A DNA stretch of 64,000 nt. Origin: Fibrobacteria bacterium (GTDB lineage Bacteria > Fibrobacterota > Chitinivibrionia > Chitinivibrionales > FEN-1185). The position numbers and the translations under genes are program-made. The stretch is taken from assembly GCA_037447435.1 (NCBI GenBank), contig JBBIGR010000003.1, forward strand, positions 64,001-128,000. The letters run 5' to 3'. Positions within the stretch are counted from its first letter, which is position 1. Every line of letters starts with the position of its first letter. Shown one piece after another: positions 8,490 through 18,663 of the stretch. The notes beneath the pieces were generated by a model. The model saw nothing but the letters and a program-made list of their open reading frames with translations, searched no databases and had not been told where the DNA came from.

Positions 8490-11036
8490 TTAGGTCTCTC
8501 GATTTATAATGCATTTTTCCCTCCGTATTAACCACGACGACGAATCGCTATAACCCAGTCCTGTAAGAAGTTCAGCCGGTTTACAGGTTTTTCGGGGCAA
8601 CATTCCCAGTACTGCCGTAAACGACAGTTTACCGGACGAAGGTGCGAATTCTATGGAATGCACCAGGGTTCTGATTTCCTTTTGACTGGGTTGTTCATCT
8701 TTAATAACCGTGACAAAAACCTGCGTTTGCGATAAAAAAGTTTGTACCGCGGTAATGATGTTTTCCACCAATGATTCATCAGCCTCGCGTAATAAAGTAA
8801 ATGCGTACTTTCCTGCCCAAATAGCTTCATTAAGCGACACATGTTTGACCGGAATGCTTTCGTAGGTTTTAATTCGCAAACCATGCGGTAAAAATGAATT
8901 GATCCGATCAATGTCGATGATCGTTTTCTGCGATACGGTCATATCGAACATTTCGCTCGCCCCCTCGCAGGGCAAAGAAAGCGGAGGGCCATACGAGACC
9001 ATGGGGTGCGCATGAAAACCGGCCGTATAAGCCAATGGAATTTCCGCTGCGCAAAAGGCCCTGCTGAAAATATTTACCATGTCAAGATGTCCTAAAAATC
9101 TCATTGCCGATAATTTTTCGTAGGAAAAACGGAAAACAAATTTTTCCGGGGGTTTTATTGCAGCGGCCGTCTCTTTGTCGGGTGCAATAACCGTATCTTG
9201 AGATTTTGATTGCACCAGGGTACCTGTTTTTTCATCGCAAACCCCGCAATTTTCACATGCGTCATTTCTGCAGTCGACGGTCGGTTGCATTTGCAGGGCT
9301 TTTTCATATTCCTGCGATAAAAAATCGTCGGATAATTTATATGATATGCATCTGTACGGTAAGGGTTGGTCTTTTTCAATTGCATTGCAAAAGACCATCG
9401 GATCGATTGCGAATTTTTCGAACGTTGTTTGCCAACGTTGATATGAAAAATGTTCATCCCTGCCGTCGGATTGTGCGCCTTCCAGGAATGCGGTTTCAAT
9501 GCAATTGCCGAGGCGCCGGTCTCCGCGCGCCATGACGGTTTCCAATTGAGCCATCATCGGATCACGGTACGACACTTTTACGTTTCGGTTCGGTTTTAAA
9601 GAGTTCTTGATAAGAAACGATTTTTGGCGTAATGATTCGACCGTATCCATGGCTTCCCTTGCAAAAGGCGTATGCGGTTTGGGAGAAAACGGTGAAATCG
9701 CAACGTTAATGGTTATCCGTCTGGAATGGTTCCATGCCCTTGAGGCAATATCGCGGACCATCGTGACGATCCCGTCTATGTCTTCGGGCCGTTCGGTAGG
9801 AAGTCCTATCATGAAATAGAGTTTTATCGTCTGCACTTTTCGTTTTATAAGGGAATCGACCATTTCAAAGATATTTTTGTCTGTAAACCCTTTGTTGATT
9901 ACGTCGCGCAGCCGTTGCGTCCCGGCTTCCGGCGCAATGGTAAAAGATGAAAATGGGGCGACCGATTTTAATAAGTCGATGTCCGCATCGCATAACGCAT
10001 CGATCCGGGTGGATGGAAGAGACACGTCTATGTGCCTGTCGCGGACAATAGCTCCCGTTTGGGACAGCAGATTTTTTAAATCTGAATAATCTGCCGTCGA
10101 AAGTGAAAGCAACCCGACATCCCGCCAGCCGGTATTGTCTATGCTTTCATTCAATTGGGAAATCAGATCTTGGGTTTTACGTTCGCGAATCGGCCTGTAC
10201 GTCATCCCGGCGGCGCAAAAACGGCAACCGCGGGTACATCCGCGCATGACTTCTACGGCAAGGCGATGATGGACAACGTTGATAAGCGGTACGAGAGGAC
10301 GCGCCGGGTAGTAATCGTTTTTTAATTCATCCACCTTTGCGGCAATGGTGATTCCCTCGGCCAGGGAAGGAACCATGAAAACGCCTTCTCGCTTTACCGG
10401 ATGAAGGCTCGGGACATACACGCCGTTGATACGTGATAACGCTTTCAGCGTATCGGGGCGTGAAGCGGCTTCTTTTTTCAGCCGCGAAAGTTCCTTGCAC
10501 AAGTTGTAAACGGTTTCTTCGCCGTCGCCTATGGCAAATGCATCGATGAAATCCGCAATAGGCTCGGGGTTGGTCATCGCGCATCCGCCCGCAATGATGA
10601 GCGGAAAACCCTGCCCCCGGTCTTTGGAGCGCAAGGGGATTTTGGCCAGGGTTAAAATAGAAAGCACATTTGTAAACTGCAGTTCATAGGTAATGGAAAA
10701 GCCGATCCAGTCCGCTTCTTTTATCGGCAGTTGGTATTCCAAGCAGAAAAGGGGAATGTCCCGTTTCCGCATTTGCGCCAAACCGTCCGGTTGCGGAAGA
10801 TAACAACGGGAAAGCGCCCACGCCGGATGTGAATTGACTATATGATAGAGAATCTGTCCGCCGTAATGCGACATGCCGATTTCATAGGTTTCGGGAAAAC
10901 AAAGCACGCCGTGAAGCTCTATCGCCGCCGGATCTTTTCGAATGATGTTAAGCTCATTGCCCAAATATTGCATCGGTTTTTGCACAAAAGGCAAAAAATC
11001 GGTTTGTATGACGGTAGACAGGCCTGATGAAGACAT
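8490..11036 (-). CDS. TIGR03960-type radical SAM protein fused to TIGR03936/DUF2344 domain
   Basis: VQKPMQYLGNELN; FPETYEIGMS; EVMRGCTRGCRFC; C-terminal MRFLGHLD...AYTAGFHAHP. Confidence 0.88.
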   Translation of the reverse strand: MSSSGLSTVIQTDFLPFVQKPMQYLGNELNIIRKDPAAIELHGVLCFPETYEIGMSHYGGQILYHIVNSHPAWALSRCYLPQPDGLAQMRKRDIPLFCLEYQLPIKEADWIGFSITYELQFTNVLSILTLAKIPLRSKDRGQGFPLIIAGGCAMTNPEPIADFIDAFAIGDGEETVYNLCKELSRLKKEAASRPDTLKALSRINGVYVPSLHPVKREGVFMVPSLAEGITIAAKVDELKNDYYPARPLVPLINVVHHRLAVEVMRGCTRGCRFCAAGMTYRPIRERKTQDLISQLNESIDNTGWRDVGLLSLSTADYSDLKNLLSQTGAIVRDRHIDVSLPSTRIDALCDADIDLLKSVAPFSSFTIAPEAGTQRLRDVINKGFTDKNIFEMVDSLIKRKVQTIKLYFMIGLPTERPEDIDGIVTMVRDIASRAWNHSRRITINVAISPFSPKPHTPFAREAMDTVESLRQKSFLIKNSLKPNRNVKVSYRDPMMAQLETVMARGDRRLGNCIETAFLEGAQSDGRDEHFSYQRWQTTFEKFAIDPMVFCNAIEKDQPLPYRCISYKLSDDFLSQEYEKALQMQPTVDCRNDACENCGVCDEKTGTLVQSKSQDTVIAPDKETAAAIKPPEKFVFRFSYEKLSAMRFLGHLDMVNIFSRAFCAAEIPLAYTAGFHAHPMVSYGPPLSLPCEGASEMFDMTVSQKTIIDIDRINSFLPHGLRIKTYESIPVKHVSLNEAIWAGKYAFTLLREADESLVENIITAVQTFLSQTQVFVTVIKDEQPSQKEIRTLVHSIEFAPSSGKLSFTAVLGMLPRKTCKPAELLTGLGYSDSSSWLIRREKCIINRET

Positions 11037-11205
11037 TTTATTTTGCCAGTACTGTTAAAAGGTAAAACGGAACACTCGTAGCATCCTTATTCAAAATACC
11101 GACGCGAGATGCCTCGATATAATAACAGCTGCAACGGAAAAGACGTAGGGTAAAATAGTTTTGCGCAGAGAATACCCAGGAAAATATCGGGATATAAAAA
11201 TGTAA

Positions 11206-11937
11206 TTATTTGCCCTTTTCAAGCCTTTGGGCCAAAAATGCGGGAAGATTGTTTTCCAGAATTTTCTTTTGGGTAATCGAATAATCGTACGGCACGCGAA
11301 CAAGCGAAACCTCGGATTGGTCGGTATCCAAAACGGCATAGCATGATCGGGAGTCGAAATCCCGCGGTTGACCCACGCTCCCGACGTTGATGAGATAAAA
11401 GTTATTTTTGTCAAGCTTGATCGTGTGTTCGGAATGCAGGATTATTTTGTCTTCTTCCTGAATCATTATCGACGGCCAATGGGTATGGCCGATAAAATTG
11501 AGCCTGAACACGAGACTGTTGAACGCCTCAAAGACCGCATCTTCACTATCGGGAAAAACATATATCCAGTCTTTGGGATTGGACGGCGAAGAATGCGTAT
11601 AAAAAATCCCGTCTTTCTCAATAGTTAATGGGAGGCCTGAAAGAAATTCCTTTGCTCGTTCCGATAGGTGACAACGGGTCCATTCCATCGCCGCGTATGC
11701 ATAGTAAGTAAATGTTTGAATGTCGATTCTGTTGATGGCGGCATAGTCATGGTTTCCGGCAACGCAAAGCGCGACATTGTCCCGGACCAAATCGATACAA
11801 CGTTCCGGGTCGGGGTAATAGCCGACAATGTCGCCAAGGCAGATAATCGTGTCTATCGATCTGCTTTGGATGTCTTTGAGAACCGCAATCAGAGCATCAA
11901 CGTTTCCGTGTATATCGGAAATGATCGCATATTTCAT
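11206..11937 (-). CDS. Calcineurin-like metallophosphoesterase
   Basis: SDIHGN, LGDIVGY, GNHD, GHTH and NVGSVGQPRD motifs. Confidence 0.9.
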   Translation of the reverse strand: MKYAIISDIHGNVDALIAVLKDIQSRSIDTIICLGDIVGYYPDPERCIDLVRDNVALCVAGNHDYAAINRIDIQTFTYYAYAAMEWTRCHLSERAKEFLSGLPLTIEKDGIFYTHSSPSNPKDWIYVFPDSEDAVFEAFNSLVFRLNFIGHTHWPSIMIQEEDKIILHSEHTIKLDKNNFYLINVGSVGQPRDFDSRSCYAVLDTDQSEVSLVRVPYDYSITQKKILENNLPAFLAQRLEKGK

Positions 11938-12061
11938 GATAATTCAGTTTCTTGCATCAAGTTGTGAGAATTACATCTGACAAATATCCTAAATTATATT
12001 ATTTTAATAAACTTGTTGCAACATAAATTTCCCGGTTTTTCTTTAACAAGGGAAACTCTTT

Positions 12062-13129
12062 TTGGACTTCACATTTTCGGTCTTCCCATCCGATGCGGCA
12101 AATAGGCTTTCGGCTTTCAAGCAAAAGGTTTGTCCCGCTTCGTCGGCGCTTATCCTCATGCATGATTATCCCGATCCCGATTGCATTGCTGCTGCCTATG
12201 GCGTTTCTCAACTTCTTGATTTCTGGGGTGTATCATCAACGGTGATTTCTTCCGGCGGATTTATCGGACGTGCGGAGAACCGTGCAATGATACGATTTTT
12301 AAATATCCACACGGTGCCCTTTGTTCTTTTGGAACTTAAAGATTTTGAAAAAATAATTTTGGTCGATTGTTTTCCCGGCAACAGCAATGTTTCGCTTTCT
12401 AAAGATCAAAAAATCGATGCCGTCCTCGATCATCATTTGGTCAACTGCGAAGATACCGCGCAGTTTTTTCATGACATTCGTAAAGAAATCGGCGCTACCT
12501 CGACAATCGTTACGGAATACCTTCTCAATGCACAATGCCCGATTTCTCCCAAGCTTGCAACCGCATTGTTCTACGGCATCAAAACCGATACCGGCGACAT
12601 GGGACGGGAATCGTCGAGCGAAGATCTCGAATGTTATAAATTCCTTTTCGGACAAATGGATCATTCTCTTCTCGCACGAATAGAAAATCCCGACCGTGAT
12701 GTTGCGTTTTTCCGTATTTTGCACCGTGCGGCTCAGTCCATGGTTGCGTTCGATTCGCTTGGCTATATTTCTTTAGGGCAAATCAGCTCGCCCGATTATG
12801 TCGCTGAAATGGTTGATCTGTTCCATAGTTTGGAAAAAATCGATATAACGATATGCTGCGGAATCTTTAAAAAGCATATATTTTTTTCCATTCGCGCAAA
12901 AAACCGGGATGAAGCCGGCGTCAATGCCGAAAAAATTGCCGTATCGCTTGGCGGCGGCGGCGGCGGACACGGCAAGGTCGGCGCAGGCCGAATTCCCTTT
13001 GAAAAACAAACCGAAAACGAAATAATTAGTAAATTTGAAACCGCGTTTAAAAAAGTTTTCAATATTACCGAAGTTGAAGGCGTACATATATTAGAGGAGA
13101 AGAAAAAGGTTGCGCCCGATTCTGTGTGA
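12062..13129 (+). CDS. DHH/DHHA1-family phosphoesterase
   Basis: HDYPDPD, ILVD, LDHH, GIKTDT and GGGGGH motifs. Confidence 0.87.
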   Translation: MDFTFSVFPSDAANRLSAFKQKVCPASSALILMHDYPDPDCIAAAYGVSQLLDFWGVSSTVISSGGFIGRAENRAMIRFLNIHTVPFVLLELKDFEKIILVDCFPGNSNVSLSKDQKIDAVLDHHLVNCEDTAQFFHDIRKEIGATSTIVTEYLLNAQCPISPKLATALFYGIKTDTGDMGRESSSEDLECYKFLFGQMDHSLLARIENPDRDVAFFRILHRAAQSMVAFDSLGYISLGQISSPDYVAEMVDLFHSLEKIDITICCGIFKKHIFFSIRAKNRDEAGVNAEKIAVSLGGGGGGHGKVGAGRIPFEKQTENEIISKFETAFKKVFNITEVEGVHILEEKKKVAPDSV

Positions 13130-13171
13130 AACAAATTATTCTAAGGCTCATTTACAAGCAAAGGGACCAAT

Positions 13172-14014
13172 ATGTGGGAATATACCGATCAAGTAAGAGA
13201 TCATTTTCTTAATCCGAGAAACGCCGGAGAAATAGAAAACCCCGATGGACTTGGTGAAATCGGGAACATTACCTGCGGCGATGCGCTTCGGTTGACGTTT
13301 AAACTCGATGAAAATAAAAGAATAGCGGACGCAAAGTTTAAAACCTTCGGTTGCGGCAGCGCAATCGCCTCCGCAAGCGCGTTGACAGAATTGATAAAGG
13401 GAAAAACGCTCGAGGAGGCATCCAAAGTCACCAACGACGATATCGCGGAATTTTTAGGAGGATTGCCTCGCGAAAAAATGCATTGCAGCGTCATGGGGCA
13501 GGAAGCATTGGAAGCGGCAATCGAATATTACAAATCCGGCGGAGAAAAGACGCTCCCTCCGGTAAAGGAAGGAACGATAATTTGCACCTGCTTCAACGTG
13601 ACCGATAAGGAAATCGAGCGGGCAATTAAAGATCATAATCTCAAAACCCTCGAAGATGTTACCAATTATACGAAAGCGGGCGGCGGTTGCGGCGGCTGCC
13701 ACGAACAAATCGTCGAGATACTCGCAAAAATCAATGGAACAGGGACCATGGCCGGTCCTAAACCTGCCCAAAGACTTACGACCTTGCAAAAAATCGATAG
13801 GATCCGCGACATTATCCAGTCCGATATACGTCCCATTTTGGCGCAAGACGGCGGCGATTGCGATTTGGTTGATGTCGACGGCAATGAAGTCTTTATCCGA
13901 TTTAAAGGACATTGCAACGGCTGCGCTTTTTCCGGAAATACGCTTGTGTCGGTTGTTGAAAAAAAGCTTAAGGAAAAAGTCGCGGACAATTTGATCGTCA
14001 AATTGCAAGAATAG
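13172..14014 (+). CDS. nifU: Three-domain Fe-S cluster scaffold NifU
   Basis: IscU domain (CGD, FGCGSA, MHC); Bfd-like CTC...GGCGGC; C-terminal Nfu domain DGGDC...GHCNGC. Confidence 0.93.
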   Translation: MWEYTDQVRDHFLNPRNAGEIENPDGLGEIGNITCGDALRLTFKLDENKRIADAKFKTFGCGSAIASASALTELIKGKTLEEASKVTNDDIAEFLGGLPREKMHCSVMGQEALEAAIEYYKSGGEKTLPPVKEGTIICTCFNVTDKEIERAIKDHNLKTLEDVTNYTKAGGGCGGCHEQIVEILAKINGTGTMAGPKPAQRLTTLQKIDRIRDIIQSDIRPILAQDGGDCDLVDVDGNEVFIRFKGHCNGCAFSGNTLVSVVEKKLKEKVADNLIVKLQE

Positions 14015-14019
14015 CTTCG

Positions 14020-16737
14020 TCACATCGAGCGTATAATGTCCCGGATGCACAAAGCGATTTGTTCGGCCGAATAATAGGGGGAAATTTTTCCCAGCGCAAT
14101 AAGGTTCTGATATGTTAATTGCCCGCCGAACGTGATACGGGGGGCAATTTTTTTTCTCCGTAATACATTCGGAAACCCGCCTTTCGGCCAAACATCCATT
14201 GCGTCCTGTATGCGGATAGGAACAATCGTCGCATTGATTTCAAGCATAAGAAGCCCGATTCCCGCTTTGAATTTACGCAATTCACCGGTTACGGTGGACG
14301 TGGCTTCCGGAAATACGAGAAGATTATTGCCGTCTTTAAGCAACGAAATTGACAACCGTAAAATCGAGACGACGTCGGAACTGGTTTTTACGGGGATAAT
14401 ATTGTTCGAAAACAAACTTTTCTGCGACTGCGAAACAATTTCGTCGGTTCCTATTAAAAAAGTTTTATTCCGTATTGCCGGGGGCAGGGAATATAAAACC
14501 CAAAGTACATCCAATGGGCCTTGGCGATTTGCGCAAAAAACAAGCGGTTTATCGGCGGATAGCTCCCGATTTCCCGTTACCGACACATTCCAGAAAGCAC
14601 TGCTTGCGGCATGCACCAATTGCGGAATCGCTTTGCCTATGACCGTTGCTTTTCTTGGCGGATAATGCGGTGCCGATCCGTTAAGTATTCTTTGCCTGAT
14701 AGTTCCAAACGAATCGTTTTTATTGGTAGCCGACGGGGTAGCAAGCAATTCCATTACAATTAAATATGCGTCGCCGACCGTTGCGATCCGGCTTAACAAA
14801 TCTTCCGGGACAACGATATGAAATTTTTTCTCAATGGCGCAAATGAGGTCCAATTGTTTTAGCGAATCCAATCCTAAATCGATTTCTAGCAAATAATGAG
14901 GCAAAATCTGCGCTTGAAGGCTTTTCTTTGAATGGGATGCAACCTCCGACGCAATAAAACGGTATTCGGCAGTACCCATGATCCCTTGATCTACCACGGA
15001 AACGGCATTCTTGTTTTTCGCCGCTTTTTCAATGTCTTCCTTGACGGAATAGTAAATTTCCCTCAATTCATGTTTTTTAAGTTTTTTTGTCGTTGTTTGA
15101 GGTAATTGGTCGTACACTACGGCGAAATCGGTGATTTTTTTATACGACGGCAAATCGCGGCCCAATCGTAAAATCTCGTTTCGAATAATTTCATGTGCTT
15201 CGGGAATGGAATAATTTTTCCGTATTTCCTGCGAGGGTACGATAAGTGCCGCGGCGATTTCCTTTTCATTCATTTTTGCGGAAAATACTCCGATTTCTTC
15301 AATCGATTCGGAAGCGGAATAAAACTCTTCCAATTCGTCGGGGTACACATTTTTACCGCTGTCAAGAACAATGAGGTCTTTTATCCTGCCAACTAAAAAA
15401 ATGAATCCGTCTTTGTCGATTTTTCCCAAGTCCCCGGTATGGAACCATCCTTCCGTATCGAAAGTCTTTTGAGTCAATGCAGGATTATTAAAATAGCCGG
15501 GAAACACCGTTGCGCCGCGAAAACAAACTTCGCCGATCCCGTGAATGTCGGCATTTGCCAGCATAACTTCATTTTCCGCCAACGGGATTCCCACGCTGCC
15601 AAGCTTCGGCGTCCCAAGAGGGCATAATGTTATGGACCCAAACGTTTCGGAAAGTCCGTATCCTTCGACAATGTTAAATCCCATTCGCAAAAAGCCGTTG
15701 AAGTATTTCTTTTGTATCGCAGCGCCTCCGGAAATAATAATGTCGAGCTTCCCGCCGAAATTTTTATGAACGGCGCCGAATAGTTTTTTCCGAAATTTTT
15801 GCCCGAAAATAGGACCGGCAACTATGGAGATAAACGTGAGAAGCGCAAAAAGCGACCTGACAAGCGGGCCTTTTGCCTTGATATTCTGCTGGATGGAATT
15901 GTAAAACAATGACAGCATCTTAGGAACCGCCGGAAACATAGAAACATGTTTTTCACGCAAACCGTCTAAAATCAGCGACCCTTTTATGGACGGAATGAGT
16001 ACAATGTCAAGGCCGCCTCCCAATGCGCCGCAAAGGCATGCGCATGCGCCGAATACATGGTGTAACGGCAAGACAGCCAACATCGTATCTCCTGCGCCGA
16101 CCTTCATTCGGGGAATGGCAAACAATGAAATGGCGGTAAAATTCCTTTGGCACAACATAACGCCTTTTGCTTTACCCGTTGTACCCGAAGTGAAAATGAC
16201 GACCGCGATTTTTTCGGGCGAACATTTCAAATCGAACGCATTGTCCCATTCATCGCCTGCTGCGCAAAATGAGGAAAATGTTTGCTTGGGACCTTCGTAC
16301 GATTGGCTCAGTACTACGATGATGGTTTGAAAATTGAATTCACTGGAAAGCTCGGAAAATAACGTCACAAAAGGTTTTGAACAAAACACGATGCTTGGTT
16401 TTGTTTGAAAAACAATTTCGCGTATTTCGCGAGCGGGTAGATTGGGGTCGACAGGGACCGTAATGCCGCCGCTGATAAAACCGCTGTGCCAGGCTATTAC
16501 CCATTCCGGCGTATTTTCACCGATGACAATGCATTTTCCCTCCGATTGCAGGCCCGTTTTTTTTATCGCACTGACGCATTTGTTAATATCTCTGTGGAAA
16601 TCGGCATAGGTCCATGTCCGATATGCATTGTCCCTTTTTATATGCATACAGGGCCGGGCACTGTTTTGCGCTATCGATTGGGCCAATAGCTCATTATATA
16701 CGTGGTTATTCATTGAGGAGAAAATTACTATATCCAC
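14020..16737 (-). CDS. Long-chain acyl-CoA/acyl-ACP synthetase fused to ACP and a PlsC-like acyltransferase domain
   Basis: FTSGTTGKAKG, EGYGLSE and FHTGDLG; ACP motif DLGLDSL; PlsC-like ANRQGPLD and VFPEAT. The start may be ATG 16713. Confidence 0.87.
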   Translation of the reverse strand: MDIVIFSSMNNHVYNELLAQSIAQNSARPCMHIKRDNAYRTWTYADFHRDINKCVSAIKKTGLQSEGKCIVIGENTPEWVIAWHSGFISGGITVPVDPNLPAREIREIVFQTKPSIVFCSKPFVTLFSELSSEFNFQTIIVVLSQSYEGPKQTFSSFCAAGDEWDNAFDLKCSPEKIAVVIFTSGTTGKAKGVMLCQRNFTAISLFAIPRMKVGAGDTMLAVLPLHHVFGACACLCGALGGGLDIVLIPSIKGSLILDGLREKHVSMFPAVPKMLSLFYNSIQQNIKAKGPLVRSLFALLTFISIVAGPIFGQKFRKKLFGAVHKNFGGKLDIIISGGAAIQKKYFNGFLRMGFNIVEGYGLSETFGSITLCPLGTPKLGSVGIPLAENEVMLANADIHGIGEVCFRGATVFPGYFNNPALTQKTFDTEGWFHTGDLGKIDKDGFIFLVGRIKDLIVLDSGKNVYPDELEEFYSASESIEEIGVFSAKMNEKEIAAALIVPSQEIRKNYSIPEAHEIIRNEILRLGRDLPSYKKITDFAVVYDQLPQTTTKKLKKHELREIYYSVKEDIEKAAKNKNAVSVVDQGIMGTAEYRFIASEVASHSKKSLQAQILPHYLLEIDLGLDSLKQLDLICAIEKKFHIVVPEDLLSRIATVGDAYLIVMELLATPSATNKNDSFGTIRQRILNGSAPHYPPRKATVIGKAIPQLVHAASSAFWNVSVTGNRELSADKPLVFCANRQGPLDVLWVLYSLPPAIRNKTFLIGTDEIVSQSQKSLFSNNIIPVKTSSDVVSILRLSISLLKDGNNLLVFPEATSTVTGELRKFKAGIGLLMLEINATIVPIRIQDAMDVWPKGGFPNVLRRKKIAPRITFGGQLTYQNLIALGKISPYYSAEQIALCIRDIIRSM

Positions 16738-16806
16738 GTCGAGGAATGGCTTCGATTTTTACAAGGAATGCGGCGATGGTTACAAGGTCGTCCTTCAAAG
16801 GATGGA

Positions 16807-17982
16807 TTACAGTCTGGATAAAACAATTTTCCGTAAATCGTCTTTCGAAAGTATCGCCGGATTGTTTTTTAGTTCGGTTTTTTCAATGATCGTGTCGCAA
16901 TCGGCGTCGCGAATACCGAATTGGGAAAGTTTCGGGATATTTAACGTGCTTGTCAACTTGTCAAGTGCATCGGCAAAATCCAAGCAGGCGCTTTCGACGG
17001 AATCCTTTTTAATACCGAACAGCATTTGCCCGGCATCGGCAAATTTCCTTAGTGAATTTTCCGCATTTCCCTGTTCCAAAAGCCTATCGATGGTCATCCG
17101 CATGCATGGCGCAAGCAGTGTCCCGCAGACGATGCCGTGCGGTATGTCGAACATTCCGCCTATCGATGAGGCGAACCCATGAACAACACAAAGCCCCGCA
17201 TTGGCAAGCGTTATCCCCGATAACAGGGCCGCATACGAAACATTTGACTGCGCATGAATAGTGTTCTCTTTCGTGGATACGGTAATCAAATTATCCTTTA
17301 AGCGCGACAGTCCTTCAAGTGCCAGGCAATCGGTGACGGGAGTTGCTTTTGTCGAGATAAACGATTCCAATAATTGCGTGAGCGCATCCATACCGCATGC
17401 GCCCGCGACGTCGCTTGGGCACGACATTGCCAATAGGGGGTCGACAACCGCAATCGTGGGCATTAAATTGACATGGCGTAACGATTTTTTAAATCCGTTT
17501 ATTCCGGTTTGTGAAAGGACCGCGTTGTATGTTGCCTCGGTACCGGTCCCCGCAGTTGTCGGGACGGCGATAAACGGAACCTTTGTGCCCGGATGCGAAA
17601 CCGTTCCGATACCTTCTAAAAAGTCTTGGACCGTCCGGTCTAAAGGCAGCATCGCGGAAACGGCTTTCCCCGCATCTATCACGCTTCCGCCGCCGACCGC
17701 GCAAACGACTTCGATTCCATGTGATTTATATTCGGCCACTGCGGCATCCACCAGTTGCGGGGAAGGTTCGCAATGAACTTCATATTCGTAAATACGACAA
17801 CCGGCGTCTGTGAAGCTGTTTAAAATATGAATTGATAAAGGGGACTGTAAAAAGCTTTTTTTTCCGTGTACCAGCAAAACAGTTCTGCCGTATTCCGCCG
17901 CAATTGTGCCGATGCGCAGCGATTTATTGGCGCCAAAGAAAATTCGGGACGGCTGGACCAGTTGGAAAGGAGTTATTTCCAT
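16807..17982 (-). CDS. Iron-containing alcohol dehydrogenase
   Basis: GGGSVIDAGKA, VPTTAGTGTE, GMDALTQ, VVHG and IPHG. Confidence 0.92.
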   Translation of the reverse strand: MEITPFQLVQPSRIFFGANKSLRIGTIAAEYGRTVLLVHGKKSFLQSPLSIHILNSFTDAGCRIYEYEVHCEPSPQLVDAAVAEYKSHGIEVVCAVGGGSVIDAGKAVSAMLPLDRTVQDFLEGIGTVSHPGTKVPFIAVPTTAGTGTEATYNAVLSQTGINGFKKSLRHVNLMPTIAVVDPLLAMSCPSDVAGACGMDALTQLLESFISTKATPVTDCLALEGLSRLKDNLITVSTKENTIHAQSNVSYAALLSGITLANAGLCVVHGFASSIGGMFDIPHGIVCGTLLAPCMRMTIDRLLEQGNAENSLRKFADAGQMLFGIKKDSVESACLDFADALDKLTSTLNIPKLSQFGIRDADCDTIIEKTELKNNPAILSKDDLRKIVLSRL

Positions 17983-18284
17983 TGGTTCTTTTCCATTGGC
18001 CGAATAACCTCATACGGAATTCCTTCCCTTGGTTTTTGCATCCATTCTTCGACGGTTTTTTTCCAAGTCCGATAATGGGCGGTATTTTTATGTTCGCGGG
18101 CAGCTTCATCATTTTCATATGCTTCATAGAGCATGAAACAGGACGGATCGTCGCTGTTTTGGAGAAAATCGAATCGCAAATTGCCTTTTTCTTTTACCGC
18201 TGCTTCGTGGTTTTTTATAGTTGCCTCGATGAAAGAGGCAATTGCATCCGGTTTGACTTGAATATGAACGGCCGTTACGAGCAT
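17973..18284 (-). CDS. Antibiotic biosynthesis monooxygenase (ABM/LsrG-like) protein
   Basis: EKGNLRFD...FMLYEAY...HKNTAHY; AGGAG RBS. Confidence 0.85.
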   Translation of the reverse strand: MLVTAVHIQVKPDAIASFIEATIKNHEAAVKEKGNLRFDFLQNSDDPSCFMLYEAYENDEAAREHKNTAHYRTWKKTVEEWMQKPREGIPYEVIRPMEKNQWK

Positions 18285-18663
18285 GGTTATCTCCTTTGTT
18301 AATTAAAGGGATGAATAATCCGGGGCTCTTTCGTGTTAAAATAACCTTTGTGTACGGCATTCACAAACGGCCCGGGATTTTAAGTGAAAATTTATTTTAT
18401 GGTACTAAGGCGTGCATGGGAGAGCTGTAGTTTATTATATTTAATTTAAGGGGTGAATTTCCAATCACGGCTTTCAATTAAATCAAAACAAGTTAATCGG
18501 TTAAAAATCTTAACATATATTTATATTACTTTTTACTGAACTTTATTATATTTCTAAACGACTATTAGCCCTAAATAGGTATTGTATTTGATTTTAATCG
18601 ATAAAAATGGAAAAACTATTCCAATTTACTCACATTGCTTTTAAGCAGGAGGTTGGTTAACCT

